64,000 nucleotides of DNA from the human T2T-CHM13v2.0 reference genome, Homo sapiens: the NCBI RefSeq assembly GCF_009914755.1, contig NC_060928.1, one strand, 5' to 3'. Below are positions 51,101 through 64,000 of the stretch, piece after piece (position 1 is the stretch's first letter; each line of letters starts with the position of its first letter). The notes beneath the pieces are model-generated. The model was not told where the DNA came from. It searched no databases and worked only from the letters and a program-made list of their open reading frames with translations. The position numbers were made by a program, and so were the translations under genes.

Positions 51101-54100
51101 CATAGAGCAGGTTTGAAACACTCTTTTTGTAATATTTGGAAGTGGACATTTGCAGCGCTTTGAGGCCTATGGTGAAAAAGGAAATATCTTCTCATAAAAA
51201 CCAGAAACAAGCATTCTCAGAAACTTCTTTTTGATGTGTGTACTCAAGTAACAGAGTTGAACCTTCCTTTTGACACAGCAGTTTTGAAACAATCTTTTTG
51301 TAGAATCTGCAAGTGGATATTTGGATAGCTTTGAGGATTTCGTTGGAAACGGGATATCTTCATATAAAATCTAGACAGAAGCATTCTCAGAAACTTCTTT
51401 GTGCTGTATGTCCTCAATTAACAGAGTTGAACCATTGCTTGGATACAGCATTTTGGAAACATTCCTTGAGTAGAATCTGCAAGTTGATATTTAGATAGAT
51501 TTGAAGATTTCGTTGGAAAAGTGAATATCTCCATATAAAATCTAGAGGGAAGCATTCTCAGAAACTGCTTTGTGATGTTTCCATTCAAGTCACAGAGTTT
51601 AATATTCCCTTTTATAGAGCACGTTTGAAACACTCTTTCTGCACTATCTGGAAGTGGACATTTCGAGCGCTTTGAGGCCTATGGTGAAAAAGGAAATATC
51701 TTCCCATAAAAACTAGACAGAAGCATTCTCAGAAACTTGTTTGTGATGTGTGTATTCAACTAACAGAGTTGAACTTTTGTTTTTACAGAGCCGTTTTAAA
51801 ACACTCTTTTTGTGGAATCAGAAAGTGGATATTCGGATGGCTCTGAGGATTTCGTTGGAAGCGGGATTACATATAAAATCTAGAGAGAAGCATTCTCAGG
51901 AACTTCTTTGTGATGTTTGCATTGAAGTCACAGAATTGAACATTCACTTTGATAGAGCAGGTTTGAAACACTCATTCTGTAGTATCTGGAACTGGACATT
52001 TCAAGCGCTTTCAGGCCTATGGTGAGAAAGGAAATATCTTCGAATAAAAACTAGACAGAAGCATCCTCAGAAACTTATTTGTGATGTGTGTCCTCAACTA
52101 ACAGAGTTGAAACTTTGTTTTGATACAGCATTTTGGAAACACTCTTTTTGTAGAATCTGCAGGTGGATATTTGGATAGCTTAGAGGGATTCGTTGGAAAG
52201 GGGATATCTTCATATAAAATCTAGACAGAAGCATTCTCAGAAACTTATTTGTGATGTGTGTCCTCAACTAACAGAGTTGAACCTTGGTTTTGATACAGCA
52301 TTTTGGAAACACTCCTTTTGTAGAATCTGCAGGTGGATATGTGGATAGCTCTGAAGATTTCGTTGGAAACGGGAATTTCTTCATATAAAATCAAACAGAA
52401 GCATTCTCAGAAACTTCTCAGTGATGTTTGCATTCAGCTCATGGAGTTGAACACTTCCTTTCATAGAGCCGGTTTGAAACACTCTTTCTGCACTACCTGG
52501 AAGAGGACATTTCGAGCGCTTTGAGTCCTATGGTGAAAAAGGAAATATCTTCTCATAAAAACCAGAAAGAAGCATTCTCAGAAACTACTTTGTGTTGTGT
52601 GTACTCATGTAACAGTGTTGAACCATCCTTTTGACAGAGCAGTTTTGAAACACTCTTTTTGTAGAATCTGCAAGTGGATATTTGGATAGCTTTGAGGATT
52701 TCGTTGGAAACGGGATGACATATAATCTCTAGAGAGAAGCATACTCAGGAACTTCTTTGTGATGTTTGCATTCAAGTCACAGAATTGAACATTCCCTTTC
52801 ATAGAGCAGGTTTGAAACACTCTTTCTCTAGTATCTGGAAGTGGGCATTTCAAGCGCTTTCAGGCCTATGGAGAGAAAGGAAATACCTTCAAATAAAAAC
52901 TAGACAGAAGCATTCTCAGAAACTTATTTGTGATGTGTGTCCTCAACTAACAGAGTTGAACCTTTGTTTTGATACAGCATTTTGGAAACACTCCTTTTGT
53001 AGAATCTGCAGGTGGATATTTGGACAACTTTGAAGATTTCGTTGGAAACCGGAATATCTTCATATAAAATCAAGACAGAAGCATTCTCGGAAACATCTCT
53101 GTGATGTTTGCATTCAACTCAGTAGAGTTGAACACTTCCTTTCATAGAGCAGGTTTGAAACACTCTTTCTGCACTACCTGGAAGCGGACATTTCGAGCGC
53201 TTTGAGGCCTATGGTGAAAAAGGAAATATCTTCTCATAAAAACCAGAAAGAAGCATTCTCAGAAACTTCTTTGTGTTGTGTGTACTCAAGTAACAGTGTT
53301 GAACCTTCCTTTTGACACAGCAGTTTTGAAACACTCTTTTGGTAGAATCTGCAAGTGGATATTTGGATAGCTTTGAGGATTTCGTTGGAAACGGGTTATC
53401 TTCATATAAAATCCAGACAGGAGCATTCTCAGAAACTTCTTTGTGCTGCATGTCCTCAATTCACAGAGCTGAACCTTTGTTTGGATACAGCATTTTGGAA
53501 ACATTCCTTTAGTAGAATCTGCAAGTTGATATTTAGATAGCTTTGAAGATTTCGTTGGAAACGGGAATATCTTCATAGAAAATCTAGACGGAAGCATTCT
53601 CAGAAACTGCTTTGTGATGTTTGCATTCAAGTCACAGAGTTGAATATTCCCTTTTATAGAGTAGGTTTGAAACACTCTTTCGGCACTACCTGGAAGTGGA
53701 TATTTCGAGCTCTTTGAGGCCTATGGTTAAAAGGAAATATCTTCCCATAAAAACTAGACAGAAGCCGTCTCAGAAACTTGTTTGTGATGTGTGTATTCAA
53801 CTAACAGAGTTGAACATTTCTGTTACAGAGCAATTTTAAAACACTCTTTTTGTGGAATCTGAAAGTGGATAATTGGATAGCTTTGTGGATTTCGTTGGAA
53901 ACGGGATGACATATAAAATCTAGAGAGAAGCATTCTCAGGAACTTCTTTCTGATGTTTGCATTCAAGTCACAGAATTGAACATTCCTTTTCATAGTGCAG
54001 GTTTGAAACACTCTTTCTGTAGTATCTGGAAGTGGACATTTCAAGCGCTTTCAGGCCTACGGGGAGAAAGGAAATATCTTCAAATAAAAACTAGACAGAA

Positions 54101-57100
54101 GGATTCTCAGAAACTTATTTGTGATGTGTGTCCTAAACGAACACAGTTGAACCTTTGTTTTGATACAGCATTTTGGAAACACTCCTTTTGTAGGATCTGC
54201 AGGTGGATATTTGGATAGATTTTAAGATTTCGTTGGAAACGGGAGTTTCTTCATAGAAACTCAAGACAGATGCATTCTCAGAAACATCTCTGTGATGTTT
54301 GCATTCCACTCATAGAGTTGAAAACTTCCTTTCATAGAGCAGGTTTGAAACACTCTTTTTGTAATATTTGGAAGTGGACATTTGCAGCACTTTGAGGCCT
54401 ATGGTGAAAAAGGAAATATCTTCTCATAAAAACCAGAAACAAGCATTCTCAGAAACTTCTTTTTGATGTGTGTACTCAAGTAACAGAGTTGAACCTTCCT
54501 TTTGACACAGCAGTTTTGAAACAATCTTTTTGTAGAATCTGCAAGTGGATATTTGGATAGCTTTGAGGATTTCGTTGGAAACGGGATATCTTCATATAAA
54601 ATCTAGACAGAAGCATTCTCAGAAACTTCTTTGTGCTGTATGCCCTCAATTAACAGAGTTGAACCATTGGATACAGCATTTTGGAAACATTCCTTGAGTA
54701 GAATCTGCAAGTTGATATTTAGATAGATTTGAAGATTTCATTGGAAAAGGGAATATCTCCATATAAAATCTAGAGGGAAGCATTCTCAGAAACTGCTTTG
54801 TGATGTTTCCATTCAAGTCACAGAGTTGAATATTCCCTTTTATAGAGCACGTTTGAAACACTCTTTCTGCACTATCTGGAAGTGGACATTTCGAGCGCTT
54901 TGAGGCCTATGGTGAAAAAGGAAATATCTTCCCATAAAAACTAGACAGAAGCATTCTCAGAAACTTGTTTGTGATGTGTGTATTCAACTAACAGAGTTGA
55001 ACTTTTGTTTTTACAGAGCCGTTTTAAAACACTCTTTTTGTGGAATCAGAAAGTGGATATTCGGATGGCTCTGAGGATTTCGTTGGAATCGGGATTACAT
55101 ATAAAATCTAGAGAGAAGCATTCTCAGGAACTTCTTTGTGATGTTTGCATTGAAGTCACAGAATTGAACATTCACTTTGATAGAGCAGGTTTGAAACACT
55201 CATTCTGTAGTATCTGGAACTGGACATTTCAAGCGCTTTCAGGCCTATGGTGAGAAAGGAAATATCTTCGAATAAAAACTAGACAGAAGCATCCTCAGAA
55301 ACTTATTTGTGATGTGTGTCCTCAACTAACAGAGTTGAAACTTTGTTTTGATACAGCATTTTGGAAACACTCTTTTTGTAGAATCTGCAGGTGGATATTT
55401 GGATAGCTTAGAGGGATTCGTTGGAAAGGGGATATCTTCATATAAAATCTAGACAGAAGCATTCTCAGAAACTTATTTGTGATGTGTGTCCTCAACTAAC
55501 AGAGTTGAACCTTGGTTTTGATACAGCATTTTGGAAACACTCCTTTTGTAGAATCTGCAGGTGGATATGTGGATAGCTCTGAAGATTTCGTTGGAAACGG
55601 GAATTTCTTCATATAAAATCAAACAGAAGCATTCTCAGAAACTTCTCAGTGATGTTTGCATTCAGCTCATGGAGTTGAACACTTCCTTTCATAGAACCGG
55701 TTTGAAACACTCTTTCTGCACTACCTGGAAGAGGACATTTCGAGCGCTTTGAGTCCTATGGTGAAAAAGGAAATATCTTCTCATAAAAACCAGAAAGAAG
55801 CATTCTCAGAAACTTCTTTGTGTTGTGTGTACTCATGTAACAGTGTTGAACCATCCTTTTGACAGAGCAGTTTTGAAACACTCTTTTTGTAGAATCTGCA
55901 ACTGGATATTTGGATAGCTTTGAGGATTTCGTTGGAAACGGGATGACATATAATATCTAGAGAGAAGCATTCTCAGGAACTTCTTTGTGATGTTTGCATT
56001 CAAGTCACAGAATTGAACATTCCCTTTCATAGAGCAGGTTTGAAACACTCTTTCTCTAGTATCTGGAAGTGGGCATTTCAAGCGCTTTCAGGCCTATGGA
56101 GAGAAAGGAAATACCTTCAAATAAAAACTAGACAGAAGCATTCTCAGAAACTTATTTGTGATGTGTGTCCTCAACTAACAGAGTTGAACTTTTGTTTTGA
56201 TACAGCATTTTGGAAACACTCCTTTTGTAGGATCTGCAGGTGGATATTTGGATAGATTTTAAGATTTCGTTGGAAACGGGAGTTTCTTCATAGAAACTCA
56301 AGACAGATGCATTCTCAGAAACATCTCTGTGATGTTTGCATTCCACTCATAGATTTGAAAACTTCCTTTCATAGAGCAGGTTTGAAACACTCTTTTTGTA
56401 ATATTTGGAAGTGGACATTTGCAGCGCTTTGAGGCCTATGGTGAAAAAGGAAATATCTTCTCATAAAAACCAGAAACAAGCATTCTCAGAAACTTCTTTT
56501 TGATGTGTGTACTCAAGTAACAGAGTTGAACCTTCCTTTTGACACAGCAGTTTTGAAACAATCTTTTTGTAGAATCTGCAAGTGGATATTTGGATAGCTT
56601 TGAGGATTTCGTTGGAAACGGGATATCTTCATATAAAATCTAGACAGAAGCATTCTCAGAAACTTCTTTGTGCTGTATGTCCTCAATTAACAGAGTTGAA
56701 CCATTGCTTGGATACAGCATTTTGGAAACATTCCTTGAGTAGAATCTGCAAGTTGATATTTAGATAGATTTGAAGATTTCGTTGGAAAAGTGAATATCTC
56801 CATATAAAATCTAGAGGGAAGCATTCTCAGAAACTGCTTTGTGATGTTTCCATTCAAGTCACAGAGTTTAATATTCCCTTTTATAGAGCACGTTTGAAAC
56901 ACTCTTTCTGCACTATCTGGAAGTGGACATTTCGAGCGCTTTGAGGCCTATGGTGAAAAAGGAAATATCTTCCCATAAAAACTAGACAGAAGCATTCTCA
57001 GAAACTTGTTTGTGATGTGTGTATTCAACTAACAGAGTTGAACTTTTGTTTTTACAGAGCCGTTTTAAAACACTCTTTTTGTGGAATCAGAAAGTGGATA

Positions 57101-58692
57101 TTCGGATGGCTCTGAGGATTTCGTTGGAAGCGGGATTACATATAAAATCTAGAGAGAAGCATTCTCAGGAACTTCTTTGTGATGTTTGCATTGAAGTCAC
57201 AGAATTGAACATTCACTTTGATAGAGCAGGTTTGAAACACTCATTCTGTAGTATCTGGAACTGGACATTTCAAGCGCTTTCAGGCCTATGGTGAGAAAGG
57301 AAATATCTTCGAATAAAAACTAGACAGAAGCATCCTCAGAAACTTATTTGTGATGTGTGTCCTCAACTAACAGAGTTGAAACTTTGTTTTGATACAGCAT
57401 TTTGGAAACACTCTTTTTGTAGAATCTGCAGGTGGATATTTGGATAGCTTAGAGGGATTCGTTGGAAAGGGGATATCTTCATATAAAATCTAGACAGAAG
57501 CATTCTCAGAAACTTATTTGTGATGTGTGTCCTCAACTAACAGAGTTGAACCTTGGTTTTGATACAGCATTTTGGAAACACTCCTTTTGTAGAATCTGCA
57601 GGTGGATATGTGGATAGCTCTGAAGATTTCGTTGGAAACGGGAATTTCTTCATATAAAATCAAACAGAAGCATTCTCAGAAACTTCTCAGTGATGTTTGC
57701 ATTCAGCTCATGGAGTTGAACACTTCCTTTCATAGAGCCGGTTTGAAACACTCTTTCTGCACTACCTGGAAGAGGACATTTCGAGCGCTTTGAGTCCTAT
57801 GGTGAAAAAGGAAATATCTTCTCATAAAAACCAGAAAGAAGCATTCTCAGAAACTACTTTGTGTTGTGTGTACTCATGTAACAGTGTTGAACCATCCTTT
57901 TGACAGAGCAGTTTTGAAACACTCTTTTTGTAGAATCTGCAAGTGGATATTTGGATAGCTTTGAGGATTTCGTTGGAAACGGGATGACATATAATATCTA
58001 GAGAGAAGCATACTCAGGAACTTCTTTGTGATGTTTGCATTCAAGTCACAGAATTGAACATTCCCTTTCATAGAGCAGGTTTGAAACACTCTTTCTCTAG
58101 TATCTGGAAGTGGGCATTTCAAGCGCTTTCAGGCCTATGGAGAGAAAGGAAATACCTTCAAATAAAAACTAGACAGAAGCATTCTCAGAAACTTATTTGT
58201 GATGTGTGTCCTCAACTAACAGAGTTGAACCTTTGTTTTGATACAGCATTTTGGAAACACTCCTTTTGTAGAATCTGCAGGTGGATATTTGGATAACTTT
58301 GAAGATTTCGTTGGAAACCGGAATATCTTCATATAAAATCAAGACAGAAGCATTCTCGGAAACATCTCTGTGATGTTTGCATTCAACTCAGTAGAGTTGA
58401 ACACTTCCTTTCATAGAGCCGGTTTGAAACACTCTTTCTGCACTACCTGGAAGCGGACATTTCGAGCGCTTTGAGGCCTATGGTGAAAAAGGAAATATCT
58501 TCTCATAAAAACCAGAAAGAAGCATTCTCAGAAACTTCTTTGTGTTGTGTGTACTCAAGTAACAGTGTTGAACCTTCCTTTTGACACAGCAGTTTTGAAA
58601 CACTCTTTTGGTAGAATCTGCAAGTGGATATTTGGATAGCTTTGAGGATTTCGTTGGAAACGGGTTATCTTCATATAAAATCCAGACAGGAG
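48155..58692 (+). repeat. Two tandem 31-mer variant HORs (5,269 bp each)
   Basis: m1 at 48155, 53424, 58693. ORFs at 49709/51750 and 54978/57019. Confidence 0.93.
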
Positions 58693-61600
58693 CATTCTCA
58701 GAAACTTCTTTGTGCTGCATGTCCTCAATTCACAGAGCTGAACCTTTGTTTGGATACAGCATTTTGGAAACATTCCTTTAGTAGAATCTGCAAGTTGATA
58801 TTTAGATAGCTTTGAAGATTTCGTTGGAAACGGGAATATCTTCATAGAAAATCTAGACGGAAGCATTCTCAGAAACTGCTTTGTGATGTTTGCATTCAAG
58901 TCACAGATTTGAATATTCCCTTTTATAGAGTAGGTTTGAAACACTCTTTCGGCACTACCTGGAAGTGGATATTTCGAGCTCTTTGAGGCCTATGGTTAAA
59001 AGGAAATATCTTCCCATAAAAACTAGACAGAAGCCGTCTCAGAAACTTGTTTGTGATGTGTGTATTCAACTAACAGAGTTGAACATTTCTGTTACAGAGC
59101 AATTTTAAAACACTCTTTTTGTGGAATCTGAAAGTGGATAATTGGATAGCTTTGTGGATTTCGTTGGAAACGGGATGACATATAAAATCTAGAGAGAAGC
59201 ATTCTCAGGAACTTCTTTCTGATGTTTGCATTCAAGTCACAGAATTGAACATTCCTTTTCATAGTGCAGGTTTGAAACACTCTTTCTGTAGTATCTGGAA
59301 GTGGACATTTCAAGCGCTTTCAGGCCTACGGGGAGAAAGGAAATATCTTCAAATAAAAACTAGACAGAAGGATTCTCAGAAACTTATTTGTGATGTGTGT
59401 CCTAAACGAACACAGTTGAACCTTTGTTTTGATACAGCATTTTGGAAACACTCCTTTTGTAGGATCTGCAGGTGGATATTTGGATAGATTTTAAGATTTC
59501 GTTGGAAACGGGAGTTTCTTCATAGAAACTCAAGACAGATGCATTCTCAGAAACATCTCTGTGATGTTTGCATTCCACTCATAGAGTTGAAAACTTCCTT
59601 TCATAGAGCAGGTTTGAAACACTCTTTTTGTAATATTTGGAAGTGGACATTTGCAGCACTTTGAGGCCTATGGTGAAAAAGGAAATATCTTCTCATAAAA
59701 ACCAGAAACAAGCATTCTCAGAAACTTCTTTTTGATGTGTGTACTCAAGTAACAGAGTTGAACCTTCCTTTTGACACAGCAGTTTTGAAACAATCTTTTT
59801 GTAGAATCTGCAAGTGGATATTTGGATAGCTTTGAGGATTTCGTTGCAAACGGGATATCTTCATATATAACCTAGACAGAAGCATTCTCAGAAACTTCTT
59901 TGTGCTGTATGTCCTCAATTAACAGAGTTGAACCATTGCTTGGATACAGCATTTTGGAAACATTCTTTTAGTAGAATCTGCAAGTTGATATTTAGATAGA
60001 TTTGAAGATTTCGTTGGAAACGGGAATATCTTCATAGAAAATCTAGACGGAAGCATTCTCAGAAACTGCTTTGTGATGTTTCCATTCAAGTCACAGAGTT
60101 GAATATTCTCTTTTATAGAGCACGTTTGAAGCACTCTTTCTGCACTATCTGGAAGTGGACATTTCGAGCGCTTTGAGGCCTATGGTGAAAAAGGAAATAT
60201 CTTCCCATAAAAACTAGACAGAAGCATTCTCAGAAAATTGTTTGTGATGTGTGTATTCAACTAACAGACTTGAACTTTTGTTTTTACAGAGCAGTTTTAA
60301 AACACTCTTTTTGTGGAATCAGAAAGTGGACATTCGGATGGCTCTGAGGATTTCGTTGGAAGCGGGATTACATATAAAATCTAGAGAGAAGCATTCTCAG
60401 GAACTACTTTGTGATGTTTGCATTGAAGTCACAGAATTGAACATTCAATTTGATAGAGCAGGTTTGAAACACTCATTCTGTAGTATCTGGAAGTGGACAT
60501 TTCAAGCGCTTTCAGGCCTATGGTGAGAAAGGAAATACCTTCAAATAAAAACTAGACAGAAGCATCCTCAGAAACTTATTTGTGATGTGTGTCCTCAACT
60601 AACGGAGTTGAACCTTTGTTTTGATACAGCATTTTGGAAACACTCCTTTTGTAGAATCTGCAGGTGGATATTTGGATAGCTTTGAAGATTTCGTTGGAAA
60701 CCGGAATATCTTCATATACAATCAAGACAGAAGCATTCTCGGAAACATCTCTGTGATGTTTGCATTCATCTCAGTAGAGTTGAACACTTCCTTTCATAGA
60801 GCAGGTTTGAAACACTCTTTCTGCACTACCTGGAAGCGGACATTTCGGGCGTTTTGAGGCCTATGGTGAAAAAGGAAATATCTTCTCATAAAAACCAGAA
60901 AGAAGCATTCTCAGAAACTTCTTTGTGTTGTGTGTACTCAAGTAACAGTGTTGAACCTTCCTTTTGACAGAGCAGTTTTGAAACACTCTTTTGGTAGAAT
61001 CTGCAAGTGGATATTTGGAGCGCTTTGAGGATTTCGTTGGAAACGGGTTATCTTCATATAAAATCCAGACAGGAGCATTCTCAGAAACTTCTTTGTGCTG
61101 TATGTCCTCAATTCACAGAGCTGAACCTTTGTTTGGATACAGCATTTTGGAGACATTCCTTTAGTAGAATCTGCAAGTTGATATTTAGATAGCTTTGAAG
61201 ATTTCGTTGGAAACGGGAATAACTTCATAGAAAATCTAGACGGAAGCATTCTCATAAACTGCTTTGTGATGTTTGCATTCAAGTCACAGAGTTGAATATT
61301 CCCTTTTATAGAGTAGGTTTGAAACACTCTTTCGGCACTACCTGGAAGTGGATATTTCGAGCTCTTTGAGGCCTATGGTTAAAAGGAAATATCTTCCCAT
61401 AAAAACTAGACAGAAGCCGTCTCAGAAACTTGTTTGTGATGTGTGTACTCAACTAACAGAGCTGAACATTTCTGTTACAGAGCAGTTTTAAAACACTCTT
61501 TTTGTGGAATCTGAAAGTGGATAATTGGATATCTTTGTGGATTTCGTTGGAAACGGGATGACGTATAAAATCTAGAGAGAAGCATTCTCAGGAACTTCTT

Positions 61601-63458
61601 TCTGATGTTTGCATTCAAGTCACAGAATTGAACATTCCTTTTCAAAGTGCAGGTTTGAAACACTCTTTCTGTAGTATCTGGAAGTGGACATTTCAAGCGC
61701 TTTCAGGCCTATGGGGAGAAAGGAAATATCTTCAAATTAAAAACTAGACAGAAGGATTCTCAGAAACTTATTTGTGATGTGTGTCCTAAACGAACACAGT
61801 TGAACCTTTGTTTTGATACAGCATTTTGGAAACACTCCTTTTGTAGAATCTGCAGGTGGATATTTGGATAGATTTTAAGATTTCGTTGGAAACGGGAATT
61901 TCTTCATATAAACTCAAGACAGATGCATTCTCAGAAACTTCTCTGTGATGTTTGCATTCCACTCATAGAGTTGAAAACTTCCTTTCATAGAGCACGCTTG
62001 AAACACTCTTTTTGTAATATTTGGAAGTGGACCTTTGCAGCGCTTTGAGGCCTATGGTGAAAAAGGAAATATCTTCTCATAAAAACCAGAAACAAGCATT
62101 CTCAGAAACTTCTTTTTGATGTGTGTACTCAAGTAACAGAGTTGAACCTTCCTTTTGACACAGCAGTTTTGAAACAATCTTTTTGTAGAATCTCCAAGTG
62201 GATATTTGGATAGCTTTGAGTATTTCGTTGCAAACGGGATATCTTCATATAAAACCTAGACAGAAGCATTCTCAGAAACTTCTTTGTGCTGTATGTCCTC
62301 AATTAACAGAGTTGAACCATTGCTTGGATACAGCATTTTGGAAACATTCCTTTAGTAGAATCTGCAAGTTGATATTTAGATAGATTTGAAGATTTCGTTG
62401 GAAACGGGAATATCTTCATATAAAATCTAGACGGAAGCATTCTCAGAAACTGCTCTGTGATGTTTCCATTCAAGTCACAGAGTTGAATATTCTCTTTTAT
62501 AGAGCACGTTTGAAACACTCTTTCTGCACTATCTGGAAGTGGACATTTCGAGCGCTTTGAGGCCTATGGTGAAAAAGGAAATATCTTCCCGTAAAAACTA
62601 GACAGAAGCATTCTCAGAAACTTGTTTTTGATGTGTGTATTCAACTAACAGAGTTGAACTTTTGCTTTACAGAGCAGTTTTAAAACACTCTTTTTGTGGA
62701 ATCAGAAAGTGGATATTCGGATGGCTCTGAGGATTTCGTTGGAAGCGGGATTACATATAAAATCTAGAGAGAAGCATTCTCAGGAACTTCTTTGTGATGT
62801 TTGCATTGAAGTCACAGAATTGAACATTCACTTTTATAGAGCAGGTTTGAAACACTCATTCTGTAGTATCTGGAAGTGGACATTTCAAGCGCTTTCAGGC
62901 CTATGGTGAGAAAGGAAATACCTTCAAATAAAAACTAGACAGAAGCATCCTCAGAAACTTATTTGTGATGTGTGTCCTCAACTAACAGAGTTGAACCTTT
63001 GTTTTGATACAGCATTTTGGAAACACTCCTTTTGTAGAATCTGCAGGTGGATATTTGGATAGCTTTGAAGATTTCGTTGGAAACCGGAATATCTTCATAT
63101 ACAATCAAGACAGAAGCATTCTCGGAAACATCTCTGTGATGTTTGCATTCATCCCAGTAGAGTTTAACACTTCCTTTCATAGAGCAGGATTGAAACACTC
63201 TTTCTGCACTACCTGGAAGCGGACATTTCGGGCGCTTTGAGGCCTATGGTGAAAAAGGAAATATCTTCTCATAAAAACCAGAAAGAAGCATTCTCAGAAA
63301 TTTCTTTGTGTTGTGTGTACTCAAGTAACAGTGTTGAACCTTCCTTTTGACAGAGCAGTTTTGAAACACTCTTTTGGTAGAATCTGCAAGTGGATATTTG
63401 GAGCGCTTTGAGGATTTCGTTGGAAACGGGTTATCTTCATATAAAATCCAGACAGGAG
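58693..63458 (+). repeat. Two 14-mer variant HORs (2,383 bp each); divergent haplotype from ~59,845
   Basis: m1 at 58693, 61076, 63459. They match 33693-38458 at +25,000 with a few substitutions. Confidence 0.93.
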
Positions 63459-64000
63459 CATTCTCAGAAACTTCTTTGTGCTGTATGTCCTCAATTCACA
63501 GAGCTGAACCTTTGTTTGGATACAGCATTTTGGAGACATTCCTTTAGTAGAATCTGCAAGTTGATATTTAGATAGCTTTGAAGATTTCGTTGGAAACGGG
63601 AATATCTTCATAAAAAATCTAGACGGAAGCATTCTCAGAAACTGCTTTGTGATGTTTGCATTCAAGTCACAGAGTTGAATATTCCCTTTTATAGAGTAGG
63701 TTTGAAACACTCTTTCGGCACTACCTGGAAGTGGATATTTCTAGCTCTTTGAGGCCTATGTTTAAAAGGAAATATCTTCCCATAAAAACTAGACAGATGC
63801 CGTCTCAGAAACTTGTTTGTGATGTGTGTATTCAACTAACAGAGTTGAACATTTCTGTTACAGAGCAATTTTAAAACACTCTTTTTGTGGAATCTGAAAG
63901 TGGATAATTGGATAGCTTTGTGGATTTCGTTGGAAACGGGATGACGTATAAAATCTAGAGAGAAGCATTCTCAGGAACTTCTTTCTGATGTTTGCATTCA

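Larger units (their letters stand above)
1..64000 (+). repeat. Centromeric alpha-satellite HOR array (~171-bp monomers, single orientation)
   Basis: Alphoid hallmarks (cattctcagaaactt, cagagttgaac, tttgaaacactc, tggatatttgg) recur every ~166-172 bp from start to end. Monomer starts in the first unit: 30, 201, 371, 537, 708, 879, 1050, 1220, 1391, 1562, 1729, 1900, 2070, 2240, 2411, 2578, 2749, 2920, 3092, then 3262. Confidence 0.99.
1..64000 (+). repeat. D4Z1: Probable human chromosome 4 active centromeric array D4Z1 (S2C4H1L, SF2), 19-mer HOR
   Basis: The 3,232-bp, 19-monomer period and mostly alternating A/B monomers fit the known ~3.2-kb 19-mer of human chr4. The assignment comes from recalled knowledge, not from a database search. 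Confidence 0.85.

Noticed and set aside
429-63710. Hundreds of 61-129 aa ORFs on both strands
   Set aside because: They recur with satellite periodicity, mostly begin at GTG/TTG, overlap on opposite strands, are broken by indels and have no recognisable domain. They are chance translations of alpha satellite.
29978-63999. Exactly 25,000-bp repeat offset, suggesting an artificial copy-paste or assembly artefact
   Set aside because: It equals a sum of natural unit lengths (27,383 + 5,269 - 7,652), and the copies differ at several substitutions. The round number is best read as coincidence.
1-64000. CRISPR-like repeat/spacer pattern (conserved motifs at regular spacing)
   Set aside because: The intervening sequences are homologous monomer bodies rather than unique spacers, the period is ~171 bp, and there are no cas genes.
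1-64000. Embedded L1/Alu insertion, inversion or non-alphoid island
   Set aside because: Unit-length arithmetic accounts for every base between 30 and 63459, all monomers are in the same orientation, and there are no poly(A) tails or target-site duplications.

Overview
The whole 64 kb is one uninterrupted, single-orientation primate centromeric alpha-satellite array. It has ~171-bp monomers, either B-type (CENP-B box site) or A-type (pJ-alpha site). I found no genes, transposons or inversions, and the ORF track is an artefact of the repeat. The basic higher-order repeat (HOR) is 19 monomers / 3,232 bp, which matches my recollection of the human chromosome 4 array D4Z1 (S2C4H1L, suprachromosomal family 2); this is not verified by search. 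I number monomers m1-m19 from the 'ggagcattctc...gctgcatgtcc' monomer at position 30. In that frame the unit order is 19,19,19,23,23,19,31,14,31,14,14,19,19,19,31,31,14,14,(partial), with lengths 3232, 3907, 5269 and 2383 bp. The interest lies in array architecture: a divergent 14-mer (2x7) that looks ancestral to the 19-mer, nested HOR-of-HOR duplications (offsets 3232, 3907, 5269, 7652 and 27,383/25,000 bp), mosaic monomers that record out-of-register recombination, and variant-specific gain or loss of CENP-B boxes. I do not see a new protein- or RNA-encoding system here.
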